NCBI GenBank assembly: GCA_013375475.1
Contig: JABXKD010000013.1
Location: 1 to 58,778, forward strand
Source: Promethearchaeota archaeon
GTDB taxonomy: Archaea > Asgardarchaeota > Lokiarchaeia > Sigyniarchaeales > SOKP01
DNA length: 58,778 nt
Direction of reading: 5' to 3'
In this document: positions 39,089-49,507 of the stretch, piece after piece
How positions within the stretch are numbered: the stretch's first letter is position 1
How the letters are laid out: the number at the start of each line of letters is the position of its first letter
Made by a program: the position numbers and the translations under genes
The notes under the pieces: model-generated
Database searches by the model: none
Told to the model about the DNA's origin: nothing
What the model saw: the letters and a program-made list of their open reading frames with translations, nothing else

Positions 39089-39324
39089 TCTAATACTTCC
39101 TTTATAGTTTATAATGCTGTTTTTACGGAAATTTCGATATCAAATATATATTTCTTTATATTTATTACTATATACTTTCGATATATAAATGTTATTAATA
39201 CCTCTATACCATTTATAAATCGACATATAAGCGATTTTTATCATGATATATAATAACATATAAACATATATTTGAATCATAATTCAGTCAAATCATATTT
39301 CTATAATTTTTATTTAAATTTAAT

Positions 39325-40266
39325 TCAATCCCTTTTTTGTTTAACAATTATAATAACTGATAAGATAACTATTGCGGATCCAATTAGGTGAAAAACTGTA
39401 AAAACTGCTCCTAATATAAAAGTAGCAAAAATCGCTGTAACAATTGGAGTAGGTGATAGGACTATTGTAGCATTCGATACATCTAAATACGATAATGTCT
39501 TATACCAACAGAATAATCCAATTCCATAAACAGTCCCCATCAATATAAAAAAGAACCAATTAAGAGGATTATAAAAAACAATAAGTCCTACTGGTGAAAA
39601 AATCACAAATGTAGTTAATAGAATGAAACCACTTAATATATTTCGAATGAAAACCATCTGTATAGGGGTGACCTCTTTTTTACTGAATAATGGCTTAGTC
39701 ATCGTGTGACCAAACATCCACATTGCAGTTATCAACAATACGATTAAAAGTCCAATCAAAATATCCGCCTTTAAGCTGAAAAAATTAAACGAACCTTGAG
39801 TAATAGCAATAACCAAACCAAAAAATAACACGATGGAAAATACGATTTGAATCCTTGATATTTTTTCTTTCAAAAGCAAAAAACCATAGAGTAACCCAAA
39901 GAATACAGAGGTTTTTTGAGTCAATGAGCCATTAATTTCTCCAGCTAATTTATATCCTACGAAAAAGAGGAGTTGATTTATGCCAAATATTATGCCGATA
40001 AGAAGTAAAAGCCAAACATTTTTCCGCAAGCTTCCAATAAGTGAGATCTCTGACAATGAACTATTATTTATCCTCACTTTTTTCTTAATCATCCGCATCT
40101 CCAAAAGCATTATAGGAAGAAAGATAATAGCTTCAATTAAGCAGGTCATGGCACTAAAGGCGTGAGGATCGATTGTTTTTGCCGAATTTGCAATAATCGG
40201 TTGAAATCCGACAAGAATTGTTCCTATAACTCCAAAAATCAAGCCTTTTTTTAAATTATTAACCAA
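39325..40266 (-). CDS. DMT/EamA family transporter
   Basis: About 10 TM, LLKEKIS, LFCWYKTL, PIVTAIFA. Confidence 0.88.
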   Translation of the reverse strand: MVNNLKKGLIFGVIGTILVGFQPIIANSAKTIDPHAFSAMTCLIEAIIFLPIMLLEMRMIKKKVRINNSSLSEISLIGSLRKNVWLLLLIGIIFGINQLLFFVGYKLAGEINGSLTQKTSVFFGLLYGFLLLKEKISRIQIVFSIVLFFGLVIAITQGSFNFFSLKADILIGLLIVLLITAMWMFGHTMTKPLFSKKEVTPIQMVFIRNILSGFILLTTFVIFSPVGLIVFYNPLNWFFFILMGTVYGIGLFCWYKTLSYLDVSNATIVLSPTPIVTAIFATFILGAVFTVFHLIGSAIVILSVIIIVKQKRD

Positions 40267-40377
40267 GATATCTAAGGAAAACCATAAAAAATTAAAAACT
40301 TTTACAATGGAAAAAGGTAGTGGAGCTCTGTTCCTAACATAAAGAAAAACATTAATATTGTTTCATTCCTTAAATTA

Positions 40378-41538
40378 TTGATTATGAAAAGTTTTGATCG
40401 CATATGGGGAGCTCTCAACTTTGAAGCGATTGATAGAATTCCAACCCATACAATTAATATCGATGGAAATGTCGCTGATCAAATCTTAGGTCGTCCTAAA
40501 CGAAATGCCTTTGACATATTTCATGAGCTGGAAAAGAAATATCCCGATGATTGGGTAGATAAAATTAACGATATCCTCCTCGAAATTGAAATTTCTACCT
40601 TTTCAAAAGCAGTAAGAGCAGGATACGATTTGGGATTTGATGGAGTGGGAGTACAATACATACCCTTTATCCTTGAAAGTCTAACCGAAATGACAGATAT
40701 ATTTGGAAAGAGACATAAAGTCAGGAATATCGAAGGCAATCCCTATCCTGATTACTATGGTGGATATATTAAAAATCGAGAAGATTGGGAGGCGTATCCT
40801 AAACCGGATATGAAGGAAGAATATAATAAAGCTAAAAAATTTTACAAAGGAGTTTTGAGAAAATGTCGAGATATAAACGAAGATATCTGTATTTTCGCTC
40901 AAAATGCTTTAACATCGGTGTTTCCCCCCGTTTGGCAGGGAATGGGCATGCAAAATTTTGCTCGAGCTCTTAAAAACGATCCAAAACTTATCGAAGAACG
41001 ATTTCGCTTTAGTACAGACTACACACTAACAGTATTTAAAGCCTATTCTGATTGTGGTGCTAAGATCTTTCTAGAAGGCGGAGATATAGCTCACTCAGGA
41101 GGACCAATGATTAATCCGAAATACTTTGATAAGTACCTGCTTCCACGTTACCAAGAGGTTTCAGAAACAATTCACGAGTGGGGTGGGAAATATATATTGC
41201 ATACTGATGGTGATATCACTACTCTCTTAGATTTCATCGTTGAGTCCGGATTTGACGGTCTTCAATGTCTTGAACCACCTTTGGTTGATCCATATTCAGT
41301 CAAAAAGAAAGTAGGCGACAAATTGTGCTTGTCGGGGAATATCGATACAAGACATATACTAGTGGATGCTACAAAAGAAGAAGTGGAACAGGCCGTTAAA
41401 ACTGCCGTAAACGCACTAGCTCCTGGAGGTGGTGGTATGATTTCCCCTGCTAATTTTCATCCCGGAATGTCAGTTGAGCATTTAAGGTGGATGATTAAAG
41501 CTGCGAATAAATTTGGGAATTATCCATTTCTAGAGTAA
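40378..41538 (+). CDS. Uroporphyrinogen decarboxylase / MtaA-like family protein
   Basis: DRIWGAL...DRIP, GDIAHSGGPMINP, LHTDGD, LSGNID. Confidence 0.82.
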   Translation: MIMKSFDRIWGALNFEAIDRIPTHTINIDGNVADQILGRPKRNAFDIFHELEKKYPDDWVDKINDILLEIEISTFSKAVRAGYDLGFDGVGVQYIPFILESLTEMTDIFGKRHKVRNIEGNPYPDYYGGYIKNREDWEAYPKPDMKEEYNKAKKFYKGVLRKCRDINEDICIFAQNALTSVFPPVWQGMGMQNFARALKNDPKLIEERFRFSTDYTLTVFKAYSDCGAKIFLEGGDIAHSGGPMINPKYFDKYLLPRYQEVSETIHEWGGKYILHTDGDITTLLDFIVESGFDGLQCLEPPLVDPYSVKKKVGDKLCLSGNIDTRHILVDATKEEVEQAVKTAVNALAPGGGGMISPANFHPGMSVEHLRWMIKAANKFGNYPFLE

Positions 41539-41568
41539 TTTTGAATACCAACTTATTTTTATTTAATC

Positions 41569-42531
41569 TTAAACTACCTTTTTCCCTCTAACAATCATAA
41601 AAATGGAGAATATAACAATAATCGTTCCGATTAAATGAAAAAAGGTAAACACCGTCCCAAGGATAATGAATGAGAAAAAAGCGGAGACAATTGGTGTAAG
41701 GGAAATAATAATGCTTGCTTTCCCGATTTGAATATATGTTAAGGTTTTATACCAGAGATATAGAGACGCTCCGTAGTCAATCGCCATGAGTAGAAAAAAC
41801 ATAAAATTATAAGGATCAATAACGATAGCGAAGTTTTCCAGTGGAAAGATTAGAAAATAAAATATGGTTAGCAGTATCCCTGAAAATAAATTCCTTAGGA
41901 ATACTACTTGAGAGGGAAATAATTCATTTCTTTCAAAGCTTATTTTTGTTAGCGTATGTACTAATGTAAAAAGTATAACACTAAAGAGAAGAATAAGAAC
42001 ACCCAGATTAAACTCACGTAGATTTAAGGAACCATCAGTAATCGCAATCACAAGTCCAAAAAACAATAGAAAACAAAACAGAATTTGAACTTTAGATATC
42101 TTCTCCTTTAAGAATAGAAATCCAAACATTAAAGCAAAGATGATCTCAGATTTCATAGTCAAGGAACTTATAATAGGTCCTGCAAGTTCGTAACCAATAT
42201 AAAGTAAAATTGGGACTGCGCTAAAAGTTAATCCTATAATTATAATAACTTTTATATTTGATTTTTTTTTCCAACCGTGAATTAGAGATGAATTCTTTTT
42301 ATTTGATATCGGATCATTTAATAAACCTCTGCTTAATTTACCCCTTTCTATTAAAAGTATAGGAAAAAAGAGTATAGCTTCAATCAAGGCTGTTATTGCT
42401 CCAAATAAGTAAGGATCGATTATATCGGGTCGTGCAATAGAAATTACTGGCTGTAATCCAATTGTAAAAATACAAATCGAAGCAAAAATGATTCCTTTTT
42501 TTAAATTATAATTTTCCACGCTAACTTCCAA
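41569..42531 (-). CDS. DMT/EamA family transporter; start may be GTG 42519
   Basis: About 10 TM; paralog of 39325..40266 (FLKEKIS, LYLWYKTL, PIVSAF). Confidence 0.88.
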   Translation of the reverse strand: MEVSVENYNLKKGIIFASICIFTIGLQPVISIARPDIIDPYLFGAITALIEAILFFPILLIERGKLSRGLLNDPISNKKNSSLIHGWKKKSNIKVIIIIGLTFSAVPILLYIGYELAGPIISSLTMKSEIIFALMFGFLFLKEKISKVQILFCFLLFFGLVIAITDGSLNLREFNLGVLILLFSVILFTLVHTLTKISFERNELFPSQVVFLRNLFSGILLTIFYFLIFPLENFAIVIDPYNFMFFLLMAIDYGASLYLWYKTLTYIQIGKASIIISLTPIVSAFFSFIILGTVFTFFHLIGTIIVIFSIFMIVRGKKVV

Positions 42532-44329
42532 ATTGAGTAAAATTTTTTAATTGATCTGAATTAAAAACGGGTCCATCTTTGCAAACAGTGATATTGTGAT
42601 CATTTCCTATACAACAAGAACCGCATAATCCTAACCCACATTTCATTTTTCTTTCGATACTAGCCTGAATTTCAATATTCTTTAAATTCGCTAGTTCAAG
42701 AACTTTTTTCATCATAACTTCGGGACCACATGTAACAATCAAATCGAAATTCTCTCTATTAATTAATTCTTCAACTGGATCAGTTACAACACATTTCTTT
42801 CCTATAGATCCATCTTCTGTAGTACACATTGTATCTGGAATCAAACCTATTAACCTTTCCGCGAAAATCAACGATTCTTCATCTTTAGCTCCAATTGCTA
42901 CTTGTACATTTGCCTTATTTTGTTTCAAAATATCTACTAAGGTTGTTAACGCTGCGATTCCCATTCCTCCTCCTACTAAAAGGATATTTTTAAAATCTTC
43001 ATAATTAAACGAATTTCCAAAAGGTCCCCGGATTCCGATTGAGTCTCCTTCACTCAATTCGAACAACTTGGATGTTCCCTCTCCTATTTTCTTAACGGTT
43101 ATTTCAATGAGGTCTTCATCTATGTTCGAGATGGACATTGGGAGAAAGTCAATATCCGGTAGCCATAATATGACAAACATTCCTGGTTTGTAAGCATCCG
43201 CAATCCTCGAATTTCTAATAACAAAACTTCTAATTTCCGAGGAATGTTCTGTTATAGATTCTAACTTCACAATATCGGTTTTATTTCTGGTTAAATCTAA
43301 AACAAGCTCCTTCATACTGTGCTCTAACGGTTCTGCTTCGATAAAGTTTTGTTCAACAGCTAAATCAAAAACTTCTTTACCTCTTTCTGTTCTTACAATT
43401 AGAGTGTTCCACCCCTCTTTACTACCAAATTTTCCAATTGATAAATCTGCGAACGATGCTGTGTAATCAGAACAAGAAAAACAGGCATTTCTAATTGCTT
43501 TATCGTATAAATAGTTAAGCGGAATATCCTTTACAGTAGAATTACTGGTTATGCTCATGCAAAAATTATCTTTATCAGTATTTATTTTATCTATATCGCT
43601 AGATTTAATCCCGAATTCGTTAAATGCGATATCTAATAATTGATTATAATAAGTACCAAAACAAAAGGTCCCTATAGCCAATGTTACTAAATCATACGCC
43701 TCGTAATCAAATGCGGGATGGTTCTGTAATTTCCTTAGAGCCTGAACCTGACAGGGAGTTCCTACAACGGCAATATCTACGTTTTCTTTATTGATGGCTT
43801 CTCCTAAAAGTGAAAGTAATGGACCTTGACTTGGTTTATATCCTGCTCCTTTGAAAATATCTTGTGAATTTTGGGCTATTATCGGAATAGGCTTAAAGTT
43901 TTCCTCTTTATCAGTAATAATAGAACAATCGATCAAACCATTTTCCATAGCCAACCATAATAGCCCTGACAATGGACCAGCATTCTCTGGCACACTTTCT
44001 CTTGCTTTATCTGTGAGTTTTATTGAAGCAATTTCTAGATAATGTCCCAAAATCTTATTGTGTTTTTTTCCAAAAACCCACTTATCTAATAAGGATAAAG
44101 GAATTGCTTCAGTTTCCGTTTTTGGACAAAGATTATAACAAAGGCCATAACCATCTTTACATGTATTCACATCTTTACAAGAACCATCTTCGATAGGGAT
44201 CTCTTTTTCTTTATCAAATTGAATGTTTGCACAGAATGCCCCACACGCTCCACAGTATACGCATTTCCCGGTTTGAATTATTTCTTCAGATAGTTCCTTC
44301 CAACCTTTCTGAATCTTTCCAATATACAT
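42521..44329 (-). CDS. Fusion: ferredoxin/FrhB-like (F420-reactive beta subunit) plus PyrK/NfnA-like FAD-NAD(P)-[2Fe-2S] domain
   Basis: N-terminal part: CVYCGACGAFC, CYNLCP, VVGTPCQ, IGTFC, ACFSCSD, ADLSIG. C-terminal part: PGMFV, PMSIS, RGPFGN, GGGMGIA, CGPEVMM, MKCGLGLCGSC, VCKDGPVF. Confidence 0.88.
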   Translation of the reverse strand: MYIGKIQKGWKELSEEIIQTGKCVYCGACGAFCANIQFDKEKEIPIEDGSCKDVNTCKDGYGLCYNLCPKTETEAIPLSLLDKWVFGKKHNKILGHYLEIASIKLTDKARESVPENAGPLSGLLWLAMENGLIDCSIITDKEENFKPIPIIAQNSQDIFKGAGYKPSQGPLLSLLGEAINKENVDIAVVGTPCQVQALRKLQNHPAFDYEAYDLVTLAIGTFCFGTYYNQLLDIAFNEFGIKSSDIDKINTDKDNFCMSITSNSTVKDIPLNYLYDKAIRNACFSCSDYTASFADLSIGKFGSKEGWNTLIVRTERGKEVFDLAVEQNFIEAEPLEHSMKELVLDLTRNKTDIVKLESITEHSSEIRSFVIRNSRIADAYKPGMFVILWLPDIDFLPMSISNIDEDLIEITVKKIGEGTSKLFELSEGDSIGIRGPFGNSFNYEDFKNILLVGGGMGIAALTTLVDILKQNKANVQVAIGAKDEESLIFAERLIGLIPDTMCTTEDGSIGKKCVVTDPVEELINRENFDLIVTCGPEVMMKKVLELANLKNIEIQASIERKMKCGLGLCGSCCIGNDHNITVCKDGPVFNSDQLKNFTQFGS

Positions 44330-44330
44330 C

Positions 44331-44930
44331 CTAATTTTTCCCCTCCTTTAATTGCTTAAGAAGCTTTTCTGCTTCTTGTTTTCCTAATTCGAACGCTTCT
44401 AAATTTTGATTAATGGTAGCGATAGGGACGAATTTTTTAATAGTTTCCATAGCTGATTGCTCAGAAAAAATTCTTGATAGGATAGTAAAACTTCCAAATA
44501 AAATTGAATTTCCAAACACTATGTTACCAAAACTCTCTACTGCTATTTTTTGGATAGGAATTCCAATCTTTTTTTCAATATGTCTTGCAGCTCGAAAATT
44601 TTGTATAGTAGAAGTGTCCCATATCAGATATCCGGTATTTTCGTCCTCTTTAAGATGTTCTGGTTTTACATTTTTAGCAGCTTCTTCTGAAAGTACAACT
44701 AGAAAATCGTAAGGGCGCATAGCTTTTGGATAATCTATCGATTTTGTATTTTTATCTAAATCTATAACCACTTCTGCCCAACATTTTCCTCCACGAGCAG
44801 ACGAACCGTAAGCCTCAGTTTGTGTAGCAGCTAAGTCTCCATATAATGAACTTGCGTTAATTATCATTTTTGAGAGAGTTATTACTCCCTGACCCCCATA
44901 TCCTACAATCCTAACTTCGTACCTACTCAT
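44331..44930 (-). CDS. korC: 2-oxoacid:ferredoxin oxidoreductase gamma subunit
   Basis: EVRIVGYGGQGVI, YGSSARGG, NSILFG, NLEAFELG. Confidence 0.85.
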   Translation of the reverse strand: MSRYEVRIVGYGGQGVITLSKMIINASSLYGDLAATQTEAYGSSARGGKCWAEVVIDLDKNTKSIDYPKAMRPYDFLVVLSEEAAKNVKPEHLKEDENTGYLIWDTSTIQNFRAARHIEKKIGIPIQKIAVESFGNIVFGNSILFGSFTILSRIFSEQSAMETIKKFVPIATINQNLEAFELGKQEAEKLLKQLKEGKN

Positions 44931-44932
44931 TT

Positions 44933-45850
44933 TTAATCATCTCCCATAGCAACTTTCTGAATCTTGGAATACACTTCTGAGTATTCGGGTCTGCTATTAT
45001 CATAGCGAAATTCACCAATAATATATCTATTAAAGAGCTCATCTTCACTCATAAATTTTACTTGGTTTTTCCTTACAGTGTTTCTTTTTATCCATTCTAT
45101 CATTTTTCCCCCTGTATCCATTTTATTTCCTGGAAGACCTAAGTTTTCAGCACCGAGATTATCAAGATTTTTACTCCCAAAATATGTTAAGCAGGGGGTA
45201 ATTACTTCAATCACAGAAGTTCCTTTATGTCTTAAAGCTTTTTTAAAGTATTTCATAAGCGTTCGCGGATGTGCTACCGTGGTTCTAGCAATATGTGTTG
45301 CACCTGCAGCTAGCGCTAGTTTCACAGCATCGCTTCTTTCTTCAAACACTTTATAAGGAGTAGTTGTGCTTTTTGCCCCATACAAAGTAGTTGGTGCACC
45401 TTGACCCCCTGTCATAGCGTATATACTATTATTAAAGATAAGGATAGTACAATCAACATTTCTACGACATATGTGAATAAAGTGATTTCCTCCAATTCCG
45501 AGACAGTCTCCATCACCGGTAAATACAATAGGTTTCAATTTAGGATTTGCCATTTTCATTCCCGTAGCAACTGCTGGCGCACGGCCGTGAAGCGTAGAAA
45601 ACTTTTGTGCCTTATGATGAGCTAAGGTTACTATTTGGGTATAGCATCCAATACCTATAATTAAAGGATACAATTTTGGATCAAGTTTCTCATCCTCAAA
45701 TATTCGAGTAAAAAGATGACCAATTATTCCATACCCACAACCTGCACAAAATAGAGAATTATAACTACCAAAAAGATGTCCTCCAAAAGAATGCTGAACA
45801 TAGGGATGGTCTGGTTTTTCTGTTGGATATCTTGGGCCTAAATCTGACAT
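44933..45850 (-). CDS. korB: 2-oxoacid:ferredoxin oxidoreductase beta subunit (ThDP-binding)
   Basis: FCAGCG, GIGC, TLHGRA, GDGD...NNSIYAMTGGQ, TPC. Confidence 0.88.
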   Translation of the reverse strand: MSDLGPRYPTEKPDHPYVQHSFGGHLFGSYNSLFCAGCGYGIIGHLFTRIFEDEKLDPKLYPLIIGIGCYTQIVTLAHHKAQKFSTLHGRAPAVATGMKMANPKLKPIVFTGDGDCLGIGGNHFIHICRRNVDCTILIFNNSIYAMTGGQGAPTTLYGAKSTTTPYKVFEERSDAVKLALAAGATHIARTTVAHPRTLMKYFKKALRHKGTSVIEVITPCLTYFGSKNLDNLGAENLGLPGNKMDTGGKMIEWIKRNTVRKNQVKFMSEDELFNRYIIGEFRYDNSRPEYSEVYSKIQKVAMGDD

Positions 45851-47022
45851 TATTTTGATACCTCCTTTATAACATTTAATATATCATCTGGATGGTGAAT
45901 TTCACCTACTTTGGGGATTTTTATTATCGGAGTTTCACGTTTTTTGACTCTTTCTACCTGTTCTGCGATAATTCCCGTATAATTTAACTCAGGTATAATT
46001 ATTGCCTTAGTATTTTTTACTACGCTTCTTATTTTCTCATCAGGAAATGGCCAAATAGTTATCAACCTATATACTCCGACTTTTATTCCTTTCTCCCTAG
46101 CTTCATCGACTGCTCGATAACTAGCCCTCACAGGTAGCCCATACGCAATAATGACAATTTCCGCATCATCTAATCTATATTCTTCAGTTATTGAGATTTT
46201 TTCAATATTTGAATTTACTTTTTCAATCAATATTTCCATAAATGCTAAGGCATTAGATATTGGAAGACCAATTGTGTTATGAGGTAATTGAAGAGATGTA
46301 GCTGGATAATAATCTGTGCCTATTATTGGAGGTTTAGGGATAATGAACTCTCCAGTCTCATCATTTTTATAAGAAAATATTTTAGAATAATCTTGGGGTA
46401 ATTCGCGTTTAATTACTCTTTTAATTATTTCTTCCTTTGGTGGAATGTAAACTGGTTCATGAAGATGTCCTAAATAGGCATCAGAGAGAATAAATACAGG
46501 ACAGCGATAAGTTTCAGCAAAATTAAATGCTGTTATTGTTAGATCAAAGAGCTCTTGGCAGTTCATTGGGGCTAACGCAATAACTTGAAATTCTCCCTGG
46601 CCAGCAAAACGAATTAATCCTAAATCGTTGTGATGGGGTGCAGTTACGGGTCCATGGCTGCCAGGACCAACGCGTTGAACATCACAAAAAACAAACGGAA
46701 TTTCAAGATTTGCTGCCATTGAGATTGTTTCTACCATTAAAGAAAGACCCGGTCCAGAAGTTGCTGTCATTGCTTTTGCTCCGGTTAAAGATGCCCCCAT
46801 TACGGCATTAATTGATGCTAATTCGTCTTCCATTTGAATACAACACCCTCCCACCTCTGGTAATCGCTTAGCAAGATGTTCTATAACTTCAGTAGAAGGA
46901 GTTATCGGATAACCTCCAAAAAAATTTAAACCTGCTGCTAATGCTCCTTCTGCCATCGCGACATTTCCCATCATAACGTGTTTACCTTCTGGCAAATATC
47001 TTTTAGTATTTTTTACTTTCAA
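45850..47022 (-). CDS. korA: 2-oxoacid:ferredoxin oxidoreductase alpha subunit
   Basis: GNVAMAEGA, YPITPSTE, QMEDELAS, TATSGPG. Confidence 0.88.
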   Translation of the reverse strand: MKVKNTKRYLPEGKHVMMGNVAMAEGALAAGLNFFGGYPITPSTEVIEHLAKRLPEVGGCCIQMEDELASINAVMGASLTGAKAMTATSGPGLSLMVETISMAANLEIPFVFCDVQRVGPGSHGPVTAPHHNDLGLIRFAGQGEFQVIALAPMNCQELFDLTITAFNFAETYRCPVFILSDAYLGHLHEPVYIPPKEEIIKRVIKRELPQDYSKIFSYKNDETGEFIIPKPPIIGTDYYPATSLQLPHNTIGLPISNALAFMEILIEKVNSNIEKISITEEYRLDDAEIVIIAYGLPVRASYRAVDEAREKGIKVGVYRLITIWPFPDEKIRSVVKNTKAIIIPELNYTGIIAEQVERVKKRETPIIKIPKVGEIHHPDDILNVIKEVSK

Positions 47023-47039
47023 TTTTTTATTTCACCTTA

Positions 47040-47321
47040 TCATGTTTTAGCTTTTTTAGTCTTAGGTTCTTCTTCATCTAGAACATAAATACACCAATCC
47101 GGGCACCCATATTCACATCTTCTACATCCTGTGCAATACTTAGACTTTCCTTCTTTAACTCGAGGAGTATAAGCAATTCGCATATTTAATTCATTATTGA
47201 GCTCTAAAATACCAGTGGGACATAAAGAAATGCACATTTGACATCCTCCGCATCGATCTTTATTTAGAAATAGTGAAAATTTCTTCTTTTCATTCTCCAA
47301 TAATTTTGGAATTATAATCAA
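47040..47321 (-). CDS. korD: 2x[4Fe-4S] ferredoxin, OFOR delta subunit
   Basis: CGGCQMCISLCP and CTGCRRCEYGCP. Confidence 0.85.
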   Translation of the reverse strand: MIIIPKLLENEKKKFSLFLNKDRCGGCQMCISLCPTGILELNNELNMRIAYTPRVKEGKSKYCTGCRRCEYGCPDWCIYVLDEEEPKTKKAKT

Positions 47322-47460
47322 CTCACTTTTTCGTTCACTTAGATTATGAAATATTTTAAATGTTTTAAATTTCCATTAAATTATTATTAAGTATAAGTAG
47401 ATAAAAGGTTAAATAAAATAATATCAAATTTTTTTTTAAAAATCAAATTTTATACTTACT

Positions 47461-48201
47461 ATGAAAAAATTAATCTTCTTAGGTTGCTTGTCAAATTCCA
47501 AATATAAGAATACATGTGCTAACGCTATTAAAATTATCCAATCGATCGATCCGACTTACACAGTTTTAGACGATGTCCCATGCTGTGGGGCTTTATCGTA
47601 TCATATTGGAAATGATATCGAGTTAAGAGAACATGTGGAATTTGTAAATAATTGGTTTAAAACTAACGATATTTCCGAGATCGTGACTACTTGCGCGGGA
47701 TGCTATAATTATTTAACAAAATATTACACCCAATTTCTAGGAAACGAATTTAAAATTAATGTTAAACATTTCCTTCAATTTTTAGCTGAACCAGAAAATC
47801 TCTCAAAGTTAGATTTAAAACATTCTGGAAAGAAGTTAAAAGTAAGCTATCACGACGCTTGTCACTTAAGAAATGCTGAAGTACCTATAATTGAAGAACC
47901 TAGAAAAATCCTCAATTCAATCGATAATATCGAACTCAACGAAATGGAAAATAATAGAACAAATAGCATTTGTTGCGGCGCTGGAGGGGGGGTTTATTCA
48001 ATATTTAAAGAAAATAGTGATTACAATTCAAAATTGATTTTTGATCAATTAAATCGCGGAAAAATTTTAATAACTGCATGTCCTTTTTGTTTTACCGCTT
48101 TGGCTCGTATTAGAGAAGAGCACCAAATAAAAAAACCTGTGGTTAAATTTGAAGATTTTATTATAAACATTATAGAAGGAGTTGATCCTCTAGATGGATG
48201 A
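47461..48201 (+). CDS. CCG-domain Fe-S protein (LutA/HdrB-like)
   Basis: FLGC, CCG...TTCAGC; YHDACHL, CCGAGGG, TACPFC. Confidence 0.85.
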   Translation: MKKLIFLGCLSNSKYKNTCANAIKIIQSIDPTYTVLDDVPCCGALSYHIGNDIELREHVEFVNNWFKTNDISEIVTTCAGCYNYLTKYYTQFLGNEFKINVKHFLQFLAEPENLSKLDLKHSGKKLKVSYHDACHLRNAEVPIIEEPRKILNSIDNIELNEMENNRTNSICCGAGGGVYSIFKENSDYNSKLIFDQLNRGKILITACPFCFTALARIREEHQIKKPVVKFEDFIINIIEGVDPLDG

Positions 48202-49495
48202 AAAAGGAGAGGAATTATATGAAAAAGTTAAGGAAAACATCGAAACTTCTCAAAAAGAAGGGACTTTAGAAAACCAATTTGGAACATTCTGGAAGATGGC
48301 TTGTACGATAAAAACTAGGCAACATGATATGAGATATTTATACGAAGATACGAGTCGAGAATTTGTTGATCAAAATCGGGATAATCTTACCGCAATGCGG
48401 GAAGAGTTTGTTAAACATATGGAATCCTACGTTGAAAAATGCATTAATATAATGCGGAAAAAGAACTTTATTGTTCATTACGCAAAAACAAATGAAGAAG
48501 CTCAAAAAATTTTCATGGAAGAATTAGGGGATAATAGAACTATTTACAAGTCGAAATCAGTTGAAGCTAAAGATATCGGCATTATTGATGTATTGAAAAA
48601 GAATAAAATAAAAATAAAAGAAACCGATTTAGGGGATGTCCTTGTTCAATTGTTCAATTATACTTTACCAAGTTTTCAAGTTGGCCCCGGAGCTCATTTT
48701 ACTGAAGAAGAAATTGCAAATAAAATTAAGGAGGTATATGGAGTAGAACTTGAACCTAAAGCTCAAGCGATCGTCGACTATTTTAGAAGTACTTTTAGAA
48801 ATGAGTTGCTCAACCAGGTGAAAGTCTCCTTAACATCTGCAAATGCTATTTCTGCGGAGGATGGAACAATTGTATTAGGAGAAAACGAAGGTAATATCAG
48901 TCTTATAACAAGAGCAACTGAAAAGCACATTGTCGTATGTGGTATTACTAAAATCGTCCCTAATATTTTGGATGCCGTTTTAATGACACAATTGGCATCT
49001 AGAATAAATAATGTTTCCTTTAATTACATAAGTCTCATTTCAGGACCGTCAAATACTTCTGATATACAAGGCACAAGCGTTCAAGGTATGTACGGAGCAA
49101 AGGAAGTAGTCGTTATCCTTGTTGATGACTGGAGAACTAAAGCTGCTAAAGAGAATCTCATTTATGCTGAATTTTTAAAGTGTCTTGGTTGCAAATCTTG
49201 TATCTTTCCCTGTACTGCCTCTCGAGCATTTGGTAATATCTACGCTTCCAAGTACGGCTTAGGAGCTACTGCGATAATAAGAGATTATATTCACAATGGA
49301 ATTGAAGCCGCTGTAAACGATGGTCTATTTCTTTGTACAGGATGTGAAAATTGCCTGCACTGGTGTCCTGTTTCAATTAACTGTGGCGAAATTTTAAAAT
49401 CTATGAAAAAGGAAGCAACAGAAAAAGGTTTAGCTCCGCCATCTCTAGAGAAGTATAAAGAGAAGATTTTTAAGGATAAAAATCCTTTTTTATAA
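48194..49495 (+). CDS. LUD-domain Fe-S protein (LutB/LldF-like)
   Basis: KSKS, ETDLG, ANAISAEDG, NEGN, ISGPSNTSDI, CLGCKSC, CTGCENCLHWCP; overlaps the upstream gene by 8 nt. Confidence 0.85.
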   Translation: MDEKGEELYEKVKENIETSQKEGTLENQFGTFWKMACTIKTRQHDMRYLYEDTSREFVDQNRDNLTAMREEFVKHMESYVEKCINIMRKKNFIVHYAKTNEEAQKIFMEELGDNRTIYKSKSVEAKDIGIIDVLKKNKIKIKETDLGDVLVQLFNYTLPSFQVGPGAHFTEEEIANKIKEVYGVELEPKAQAIVDYFRSTFRNELLNQVKVSLTSANAISAEDGTIVLGENEGNISLITRATEKHIVVCGITKIVPNILDAVLMTQLASRINNVSFNYISLISGPSNTSDIQGTSVQGMYGAKEVVVILVDDWRTKAAKENLIYAEFLKCLGCKSCIFPCTASRAFGNIYASKYGLGATAIIRDYIHNGIEAAVNDGLFLCTGCENCLHWCPVSINCGEILKSMKKEATEKGLAPPSLEKYKEKIFKDKNPFL

Positions 49496-49507
49496 GAATT
49501 CCTATTT

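Noticed and set aside
38999-39253. 84-aa ORF as a precursor peptide for the ABC-CPBP system
   Set aside because: Opposite strand, overlaps the ATPase start and runs through AT-rich promoter DNA.
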